From Halocafeteria seosinensis (taxonomy: Eukaryota), in assembly GCA_001687465.1 (NCBI GenBank), contig LVLI01000290.1, positions 1 through 64,000 of the forward strand: 64,000 nt of DNA. Reading direction: 5' to 3'. A program made the translations under genes and the position numbers. Shown here in pieces: positions 1 to 9,372 of this stretch. Position 1 is the first letter of the stretch; every line of letters starts with the position of its first letter. The notes below the pieces were generated by a model, which had not been told where the DNA came from, did no database searches, and was given only the letters and a program-made list of their open reading frames with translations.

Positions 1-11
1 CCGCATGGCTA

Positions 12-503
12 GCTAGCAGTTCATTGCTTAATAGGATTGGGAGGATATTGTTGTNAGTTTCCTCTTGCACGTATAAGTCAATTCGTGTAGCTTGCTCTTC
101 GGCTGTTCTCGAATCCGGATTCCACCCGAGACGTGCCGTCCGTCTCAGTTCTTCGTCCCTCTTCTCTCCTGGCTCTCGTTCCCCCTTCCCCATTGGTGTC
201 TTCCCAACGTTCCATTCCGTCTCGTCCATACTCACCCGTCTTGACACAACCGCTTGACTCGCTAGCAGTTCATTGCTTAATAGGATTGGGAGGGTATTGT
301 TGTTAGTTTCCTCTTGCACGTATAAGTCAATTCGTGTAGCTTGCTCTTCGGCTGTTCTCGAATCCGGATTCCACCCGAGACGTGCCGTCCGTCTCAGTTC
401 TTCATCCCTCTTCTCTCCTGGCTCTCGTTCCCCCTTCCCCATTGGTGTCTTCCCAACGTTCCATTCCGTCTCGTCCTTACTCACCCGTCTTGACACAGCC
501 GCT
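12..503 (-). repeat. Tandem duplication, 249-bp period (copies about 12-254 and 261-503), probably an 83-aa coding repeat on the minus strand
   Basis: Two copies starting gctagcagttcattgc at 12 and 261 differ by only a few substitutions (one N at 55). The minus-strand frame is open through both copies (…AVSRRVSKDETEWNVGK…NELLASQAVVSRRVSMD…ELLASHA) and runs off the window edge. Confidence 0.85.
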
Positions 504-847
504 GCTTCTTTCTTTAATTCTTTGGCGAAGGCATCACGGACCCATTCCACGCACCACCCACGACCAACCAGAATATTGCAAATGCTATCAAGGGACCCCG
601 AATGGTTCTCAGCAAAAAATGAACATGTGTTGGATTAACTACCAAACTGCCTCAGAGACTTCCAATCAATCCTAACGGACGAGTAACATATACATACATA
701 CCGGTATGTACGTGATTCCCGTCTTCGCTTCCTTGTGAACTTCAACTGCGTCACTACCCGCGAAATCTGAGCCTCTTGTGTGGGTTTGATATGCCCTCTA
801 TGCGGTCAATGAGTATCAAATTACACGTATATGATTGAACATTAACC

Positions 848-1386
848 ATGAGACGAGTCCTGTCGAAATCGCGAAGAGTAGGGGCACGCATTCCCTCCCT
901 CTGGCTACGACAGCCACGTCAGATTCTCCAGCTTTGGCATTCTTCTCTTTCTTTTCGGCCTCAATACAGCAGTACCGAAGCCCAAAATGCGCTTTACGTG
1001 ACTGATAAGACAAACAGTCAACAGGGTGAAGATTTGAGCTACTTAGAAGATCCTCATTATGGAGATAGACCGTATAAAGACTTACCGCCTCTGGAAGGAC
1101 CAGATGCTGCCGAGCTTGCAGAAGTGCGATGGAGTACGTTTTTGATACTTCTAACGTTTGGAACGCTTTCCTTTGTCGGTTGGTATTGGTTTAAGCGATT
1201 CTCTTGGACGAGAGATCCAGGTATGTGTAGGTTTTCCTGTGCCACATGACAATTGACTGGACTTGATACCTCATTACAGAGGACGTCGGACCCTCCCATA
1301 GACCTATTCGTGCAATTGAGGAGCCGACGCTGCCACAAAACGTATACAGGCACAATAAAGAAAAGAGTGAAGAGGAACGACTTTAA
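848..1386 (+). CDS. Small single-pass membrane protein, possible mitochondrial presequence; one intron (1221-1279)
   Basis: Arg/Ser-rich, acid-free N-terminus (MRRVLSKSRRVGAR…); one hydrophobic helix (WSTFLILLTFGTLSFVGWYW); GT at 1221 and AG at 1278-79 join in frame to TAA at 1384-86. Confidence 0.6.
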
Positions 1387-1449
1387 TATTAGTTCTTTTG
1401 CCGCTCATGTGTTTTGGCGGTGTTTCTGGTAGCGTCAGAGAGTGAATTC

Positions 1450-1980
1450 TCAGCCGAGGACAGTGCGCTTCCCTTGGAAATCGGGTATTTTATCAGCTCA
1501 GCAACGGCTAGCACCAGAGTTTCTGTGGTACTGGGTGACTAAGGTGACATTAACAGTCTGGCTACAGCAACAGAGGTCCAGAGCTTCAAGTATCAAAACG
1601 ATGCACACCAGTAGCAACAGCTACTTTCGAAACGGGCGGAAGCTTGCCATTGCCATGGTTAGCAGGGCCACGGAAAATAACAGTACCAGGGAACGTTGCA
1701 GCTCGTACGTTAGCATTCCCATGTACTTTCCTAGATGACAGCAGTTGGGCTTGCACTAGAATGGGGAGCCTCTGATTCCGCAAATAATAGAATACTAAAC
1801 CAAACGTAGACGCGACTCATTCTAGTTCTGTATCAGTGTGAAGCACAATCACGTGTGGCATGTTTGCATAGAACATGGATATAACCTTGCATGCGGTTGG
1901 TATATCCACGAAACGAAAACGCACACAACACACGGACCGCAACGATACCTAGCAAGGACGTAATTAACATTTCTATGGTT
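1450..1980 (-). pseudogene. Degenerate paralogue of the 3367-4308 membrane-protein gene
   Basis: Translated fragments RNQRLPILVQA and LQRSLVLLFSVALL match RNERLAILVQA and VQRSPVLLLSAVLL of the 313-aa ORF, with frameshifts and stops. Nucleotide similarity near the start (atggttgct at about 1974 vs about 4306). Boundaries approximate. Confidence 0.6.
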
Positions 1981-2117
1981 GCTTCCCTAGCAGATACAGT
2001 AGGCTAACACACAATGACGACTACAGCTGATCTATACCGAGTTGGTGAGGGAAACTCCTTGCCCAGGAACCTTGCGTTTTCCATAAACTTGAGGGAACGC
2101 CCAAGAACCCTCAGTAC

Positions 2118-2204
2118 ACACACACAAATGTGACAGATAGCCCACCGGCCGGGAAGTTGACCACATCCTCTTAACGAGGAGCGGTAAGCGCCCGTGTTAA
2201 GCAG
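2118..2204 (-). mobile_element. Short retroposed insertion (SINE-like or 5'-truncated LINE 3' end), copy 1, with (TG)n tail and 9-bp TSD
   Basis: Flanked by direct repeat cctcagtac (2109-2117 and 2205-2213); near-identical to 8497-8572. Confidence 0.85.
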
Positions 2205-3366
2205 CCTCAGTACCTTGTGAGATAGAGCTGTGCATTGCGAAGAAGCAGGACTGCAGGTTCGAGAATGCGACTCTAAGAATAATCCACTGGTTGACTATGT
2301 CGCGTGGCGAAAGGACAATGAACATGTATTGCTGATAAAAGTAGGGCGTGGAAGGCAAACCAGAGTCGAGTCGCTCCTGTTTGACCGTCCCTGAGTCGCG
2401 ACTCGCTAGTCGCTATTTGGAATGCAAGCACAAGAAGTGAGGAACGTGGATACACAAGTCGCACATACTGGAATATCCAACGAACTCGCCGTACAGTTCT
2501 CGAAATTTTTGATCTGGATCGGTTGTCTGTGAAAGCGCAAACGAGCGTCAGGCGGAACGAAATGCGAATGAAGCTCCTCCAGGGCAAAACGCTGGTAAGA
2601 AACGAGCGTTAGGGTTATGAATTTTCGACGATGGGAGACTTTTTTGATGTCAGTGTTGCAACTTCGATAGCATATGCATATTCCTCTTGTGGCTGTGGTG
2701 GACACAACGTTGTCTCACTCAATGTGACTCAAATTTGTTTTGAACTTCACCCTCGACCGAGGGCCACTACACTACCACTACTGTACTTGTACCTGGTTCC
2801 CTGTAGTTCCTAGACCTACATGCATGTATGGTATTCTGTTTTCGCGCAACCTGTAACTGGTTCACATACCTGAGAGCAGTTTCGAGAACCAGTCGTATGT
2901 CGATTCTGGAAAACGAAAGCGTGGACCCGATATCATGCGATATACTCAGAAGGCCGAAGCTGGTATTGGTATTGCCGAATAGCACAGTGCTGTATTGCTG
3001 AGTCAGTTGTCAACTCTCCGCAATCGAGCAAGAGCTACACATAGCAACGGAGGATACCCGAGAATCCAAGAATGTGTGAGATATCAATAGAGGCTACCAC
3101 TGTTATTTGAACAGATAAAAGCGGTATCATTCTTGCTTAGCATGGAAACTACCGGTATGTGCTAAGCGTGTGGGAGGAGGTAATTGGCAATTAGAGGCCT
3201 AACCGGTTGTGTTACAGCTTGTTATCATGGTACTTAGTGCAGCCAAAGGCAGATTTGTGGGTTTCACATGAAAGTACCGGTGTTTTTCGGCTGTGACAGA
3301 AACAGATGCTATCCTACCTCTCGATACCCATGGTCGGAAGATACCGCTCTTAAGTCTCGATTCAAG

Positions 3367-4308
3367 CTAGACGATAGGTTGTAATATCCTTTCCACAAAC
3401 TGCTGGTGGTTCAGATCCATACCGATACACTTGGCGGGTATGCGGTTGCCAGTATGCTGTGATACCAACAGCATAGTTACTGACGAAAACATTTCTCCAA
3501 TATCATGTCCCCAAGCCGACGCCTCTGACACCAAAACGAAGCATGCCAGTAACGACAACAACTTTCGAAACACGTGAGCGTATAAACTGTTTCCGTTCTT
3601 GAATGGGAGGATTCTTTCCAGAGGAGCTTGTTTGGCCAGGATCAGCAGTACTGCGGATAACAGCAGCACCGGGGAACGTTGCACCCCGTGGACTAGCATT
3701 TGCGATGTACAATCCTTGGTGACGATGAACAACGATGGGGCTTGCACCAGTATTGCGAGCCGCTCATTCCGCAAATAGTAGGATACCAACGCCAACGCAG
3801 AGGCAGCAAAAATGATGCACTCAACTTGAACGGGAAAAAGTTGAATGGTATCCCGAAACCTCATTGTTGTTACCGTTGCAAGCATTGCAAATGGTACAGT
3901 CTGAGCATGTTGCCTAATTAGAAAATGCAAGTCCTTTAAGATGGGGTATTTTGCATACCTCCAAGTACCTAGAACGCAGGTAGTAGCGAGGGGTAGTGTG
4001 TAATAGTAGAGTGCCAACCGACTTGCATCCTCTTCTGTACTCCAGATACTCACATCCACATCCTTTTTACGAAGGAAATAACAGACGAGGAGCAGAACTA
4101 TGCCCATCTGCATATCGACTCTTGAGACTAGGGTGCATTCTCCACTTATGAATTTAGTATGATTTTCAAACGCTTCCAATGTATCCTTAATTTTAAGTAA
4201 TGGCGTCTTGACAACCTTCCATATCGGTGTGGCAAGTAGAAGGAAAATCTTGCATATCAAAGTCTCAAGTAGAAGGAACGATCCGATTCCTATCAAAGGA
4301 ATCCACAT
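3367..4308 (-). CDS. Uncharacterised multi-pass membrane protein, 313 aa, intronless
   Basis: ATG-initiated long ORF with many hydrophobic segments; a decayed paralogue lies nearby. Confidence 0.6.
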   Translation of the reverse strand: MWIPLIGIGSFLLLETLICKIFLLLATPIWKVVKTPLLKIKDTLEAFENHTKFISGECTLVSRVDMQMGIVLLLVCYFLRKKDVDVSIWSTEEDASRLALYYYTLPLATTCVLGTWRYAKYPILKDLHFLIRQHAQTVPFAMLATVTTMRFRDTIQLFPVQVECIIFAASALALVSYYLRNERLAILVQAPSLFIVTKDCTSQMLVHGVQRSPVLLLSAVLLILAKQAPLERILPFKNGNSLYAHVFRKLLSLLACFVLVSEASAWGHDIGEMFSSVTMLLVSQHTGNRIPAKCIGMDLNHQQFVERILQPIV

Positions 4309-4786
4309 GGTTGCTATTCCTGCGTAAACGAAGTAGGACCATAAACGTAAACTATATACACGTTTCTAACTATTAGGCTTGATAAAAAATTGCTATGTTG
4401 CGCCAATCAATCATAATCCTCAAGGAATTGAAACTTCAATCTGTGGTAAACCAGTTGTCACTTTATCCCACTTCTGTTTGTCTGTGAACTTCAAATTGAT
4501 CCTCGTGAGGACCTCGTCACCTTGAACTTCTCCGAATAGCCGTACAAACTATGGACGGGAGAGCTAGCGTACGTGTAGGGTTGATAACTTTCCATAAAAG
4601 GAGCAATATTAAAGTTCACGCCTGGAAGGGTCATAAACGTGGGACCATATTTCTTCAGTTCTTTGAAGTTCACAAAACAAGGAGCAGACAGGGTACATAT
4701 TGAAAGCAGTGTATTGCGCTTTCCAATATTGTCGTTTTCCCGTTTGTAACAAGGGCTTTATCTAGCAAAGGAGGAAGTCTGCGGCG

Positions 4787-5517
4787 ATGGCGGACGACCA
4801 ACACCAACAAGTTTCGACCAAGGAACAGGACCTGCTCTTTGGAGGCAGTGACTCCGAAAACGAGGGAAATACACCCCAAGAGGGACATAATGCCTTGTCC
4901 GAAAGCGATTGGGCTTCTCAGCAAGATTGGGAAAAACTCCAGCGGGGATTTCTGACGGTACGTGTGTGAAAACGAGGGGTGGGTATGAAAGGCTAGTGCT
5001 TACACTTAAGTTGACACAGACCGGATTTCGAGAAGGAATCGATTCGGGAAAAGAAGAAAGTGTACAGAGTGGTTTCAACGATGGATTCAGACACGGTATA
5101 TATCGTGGCTTTATGAAGGGCAAAATGCTAGCAAGGCTGAGAATGGAGAAACTAACCCTGGAAAAACAAGGACTCGAGACTGACAAGGTCGATGCATTAC
5201 ACCGGCGACTTCAGAACGTAGATATTCGAACAGGATTGAAATATCAGGCACTAGAAGAACAAGAGAGTGTAGCGGATCAACTAGCAGTAGCGAGTGGTGA
5301 ATCTACGATCCGAGTCGATAACGCCGGGGATGTTGCCACTCATTCGCCAGGTGATCTGTCGGAGGGTCTTCCACAGTTCAAGAGCGAACTAGGCGGCATA
5401 CTAGAAGAAGTGTATGATCTGAACGGAGCCCATTCTTTCGGAGGCAGATCGAAAGCGTTGGAGGAAATACTGGATAGAAATTGCCCTCAACTCTCTGACA
5501 GCGATCACGGGTCATGA
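4787..5517 (+). CDS. YAE1: Yae1-like protein (CIA adaptor, deca-GX3 motif); intron 4958-5019
   Basis: GFREGIDSGKEESVQSGFNDGFRHGIYRG is a GX3 repeat; the GT-AG intron joins ORFs 4787 and 4909 in frame. Confidence 0.75.
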
Positions 5518-7265
5518 GTATCGTGCTGCAAGCTCTGAAAATTTATCGCACACGTCATGGAAGTTTACCGATTTATAATGCTGGCGACAAATTGGACATG
5601 TAGGAGCTGTGTCTGCCGAAGAGAATGCTTCGAAGGAAGTTAAACACGCTTCATGGAAGACATGGGAGCAACTAAGAAGCGACAGCTTTTTCGATCCAGC
5701 ATTGTTTAGGCGCTCCGTGTCCAATTTGCAGATGCAAATAGGGCAAGAATTTTCATCTTCTGTACTGCTGTAGCCATTTAAACGTTTCAGGGCGTTGATG
5801 AAAGGATCTTTCCACGTGTAGTCGATACCGATTCTCCGGCACTTAGCCTCTGTCTGTCCTGTTGCGTCTCCTCTCGAGATAACGTTTGGGGCAGCCATGA
5901 ATTCTTGAACATCGCTGGAAAAGGCAGATAGATCCACGTCCGTGGTACCATTGCCATCTTCTGCACGAGTTTGATGGATATAGCCTGGGGATTGTCTCTG
6001 GGAATTTGACGCCCTCGATCTTTGGGCTTCTAGATGACTCAAATTTTGCTCAACGGACATACGAACAGCAGCCATGTTGGAATCGCTTTCGCATAAGAGT
6101 TTGTCAATTTCGGAAGTTCTTTGATGGAGGTTTGTATTCCATCTCTTTTGAACGTTTTCAAGTGACTCGGCATAGTATCTTCGTCGCATGGAGAGATCCC
6201 CCTTGCCGGCTCTGTAATATTCCTTCCTAAAGATTGCGTACTTCTTCCTGGCAAGCGCCATTCGAATTACGCTCTGGATTTGCAGAAGAAGACTGCTTAT
6301 TATAGCGCTGTATCCTTTTTCATTATCAACTTCTGCTTACCTGAATCTGTTTGGCCTTCATTTCTCTGTGATATGAAGCCGCGTGCAAGAATTCCTTCTT
6401 TTCGTAGTGAGGATGACGACAAACTGGACACTGTTTTGACGGAAGTTCACTGAACTTTTCAAAGGATTCAAGGCATTTTCTGTGGAATGTATGCGAACAG
6501 CTAAGAATCAGTGTGTCTCTCAAGCCAAAATAGTCCATACAAATGGGACATCCTTGTTCCGGGTCCCCTCTGTGCAGTGATAATGATTCAACTTGCTTCC
6601 ACTCTGGATCCGTTAACTTGGGTGGTGGGCCTGCTACAAGACCCCGCATTTGAGCCAATGTCTTCTTTTCTGGTTTCTTGAGTATCCTTGATGGTCGCTG
6701 CGTTTGGCAACGCCTACAAGTATTCATGGACACGTGGTTGAGTTCGCCACATTCTTCACATTCCCACTTTTGATACTCTGGTTTACTATGTATACTCCCT
6801 ACATCTTGACGCCGTTTGTTGCTTGGATTCGCATGCCCCGTAGTGTTCATCCGTTGTTGTGGCCTTTGCTTTACACCCTCTCGTGTTGACGTCTGCGTGG
6901 CACTCCCACAGTGTACCCAACGTGGTTCCAAGTTGCAACACGCAGACCACCTTACACTATTACCGGTAGCCCTGGTACTCTGTTGGCTTCGACTCGAAGC
7001 ATTGTAACTGCTAGAAGATGGCTTTCTCTTCATCCCACCTAGTCCCAAGTTCCTCATCCAATGGTCCTGAAATGCAGTGAGGATGAGTCCAACTCGAAGC
7101 AGCCGAAGGCTTCCACAGCATATGTCTTACCTGCAACGCCGCAGCATCGATGGTACTCCCATTTCCAGCTTTCGAAGAGGAACACGTTGAGCTAGACCGC
7201 TTTGCGCTTTGCTTTTGAACAGTGGCAGCCTTGTTGGCACCGCTGAATCGGGTTGAAGACTGCAT
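5512..7265 (-). CDS. RNF32: RNF32-like protein: RanBP2-type Zn finger, RING-H2, IQ motif, RING-H2; introns 7067-7130 and 6274-6340
   Basis: AAALQ|DHW junction; TLAQMRGLV; two RINGs (CPIC…LSCSHTFHRKC…CPVCR and CPIC…LSCSHVFHEAC…CPICR); IQ motif KQIQSVIRMALARKKY rebuilt across the intron. Confidence 0.85.
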
Positions 7266-7719
7266 CCTGGCTGTAAACGGCTGTGAAGTGCGCTATCGGT
7301 GGCGCCATGTAGTATCGGGGTATTGGCTATTCACCGTTCCAGCAAATCTCCGCCAGAATGTCAACTAATAGTGGTGGTACCGTATCAATGCTAAGTAAGG
7401 AAGTATGAGTGCAGTACTCAGTGCATTGTGAAAGGTAGTTGCTTGGTGCGGAACCATGCGACCCAGGCTCTGTGCGACAGGAACACACAGCATGGTTTAC
7501 TGAATATAAAAGGCATTGCGCAATGCTATAACTGCGTTCTCGACAGCTTTATATTGTCCATTTGGCATGTGGAGAAAACTGCACTGCTGAACTACAGGGG
7601 GTGTCGGCTGTCATGTAGCCGGTGGTCTACCCAGACTCTACGGTCGCGGTGTTAACTCCGAGTCAGACATGAAACGACGCTCAGCGAACAACAACAGAAC
7701 CGAATATATATCTTCCACG

Positions 7720-8600
7720 ATGACTGTAACGACCGGAAATAGACGGCAGACCACGTTAGTTCCATTGACTCCGTAGTTGGTATCTAAAGTCTCAGTTCTA
7801 CAGCCTAAATTCAACACTGAATCTGAAACACCAGTTGAACACAACACAGGTTGCTTCTTTCGCAGCTTCAAAGTTCGAGCCTCAAGGAGACTTCTCGCTC
7901 TTAAGACGTCAATATTTCGAGTGAAAAACTCTTTAAGGGTACCCGGCTATTCTCCCGTCAAAAGATAGGAGTCTTGGGACAACGGAGGTATCTTCTGAAA
8001 ACGCGGTAGGACAGCGTAGATACCCTCTTTGCTTCGTCCGCCTCACATATCTGACGTCAAGGCGTATTTTGCATCGTTGATCAAGGCATGCGAGGCACAG
8101 AATGTCCACCATATCGTATTCCTGTCGGTGCAGGGGGAGGAGCAATCGAGTGCTGTTCCCCATGCAAAGATCGAGAAGTTGCTTCTATACCTTACACAAT
8201 TGTTCGACCCTCGTACGTCACGCAGAAACTAATTACGTCTCAGCAAAACAAAATCGTAAAACGCGACCGTTTTTTTGTACCTGCTGGAAATGCCCGATTT
8301 AACTGGGTGGATGCAGCCGACATTGGAAAGGCGATTGCCTAAATACTCTTACAACCGCGGCCACATCAATGTCATACATACACAAGTCGCGAATCTTTTA
8401 TCCGAATTACTTGGTAGGAGGATTTGTTGTGAAAATCCCAGGATCCTTCGTTTCTTTCTGGAGAGGGTCTTATCCCATCCTTCATCATCGTCGCGACACA
8501 CACACAAATGTGACAGATAGCCCACCGGCCGGGAAGTTGACCACATCCTCTTAACGAGGAGCGGCAAGCGCCCGTCGCGATCGTAAAAAGTGGCGAGCTC
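7720..8600 (+). pseudogene. NmrA-like NAD(P)-binding (atypical SDR) pseudogene
   Basis: LLRPPHISDV…HIVFLSVQG…VPHAKIEKLL / IPYTIVRPSY…FVPAGNARFNWVDAADIGKAIA spread over shifting frames with stops; interrupted by the 8497-8572 insertion. 5' boundary approximate. Confidence 0.75.
8497..8572 (-). mobile_element. Short retroposed insertion, copy 2, with (TG)n tail and 8-bp TSD
   Basis: Flanked by direct repeat cgtcgcga (8489-8496 and 8573-8580); differs from copy 1 at one base (2185 t / 8565 c) and is shorter at its 5' end. Confidence 0.85.
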
Positions 8601-9372
8601 CTTGGTCTTCTCAAAGTCAAATTTCCTGCACGCGAATTGCTCTTTCTCCGTGACTGCCCCGGAATGTCTCCGACGCCGGCGATAACTTTATGTTGGTTCG
8701 AGAAATTGAAATGTCAATGGATTTGACTGCCGACCGCCCGCGTCGCTCCTGTGATAAGCGTTCTCATGGTACTTGAACATTGGAACTAACATCTGAAACT
8801 GAATTGCTGAAGAATCCGATTGTGATCTGCATGCCTCAATAATGAACTGAGTTCTTGTCGTCGCTCTCATGGCCAACTCCTTAGCTAATACCACTATGAG
8901 CTATGGTTATGCATAACTTCGAAGTGTGAAGTAAGTCGCTGTCAGCCTGTCACCATAGCCGACAGGGCCAGAATCTATAGAAGAAACGAAGGATCCCAGC
9001 GTCTACGCATACGAGACAGTCTCTCTCGATGTAATACACTATCGAGCCCGCTCCCCTCCGTTCTTGCCGACGGGGCAGCCTTCATTCACTATGTTGTAAT
9101 TTGTGTAACTTCAACGACCCCTGGTTTCTTCAAGTTCAAGTTGTCTTTCACATCGTTATTCATGACGCCCTATATGCAGGTTTGTTGGCGTTCAGAAGCG
9201 GTTTTAAGAGTTTGGTACAGTAGGGTCCGAGAGCAGAGAATGGACGAGTAACGGCCATCTGGTGAAACATGGGAGTACTCCCCTGGCGAGAAGAGACAGT
9301 GTGGAGTACTGAAAATGGAGTAATCGAGTTTATTTAGTCCCCCCACTCTGGAGCCAACACTTACTGAGCAAA

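Noticed and set aside
2118..2204. HDV-like or twister ribozyme (contains TCCTCGT and TTAAC)
   Set aside because: Could not build the P1/P3 pairings or the twister core; a simple hairpin explains the sequence.
4491..4673. Short minus-strand ORF
   Set aside because: GTG start, no recognisable motif and no splice support.
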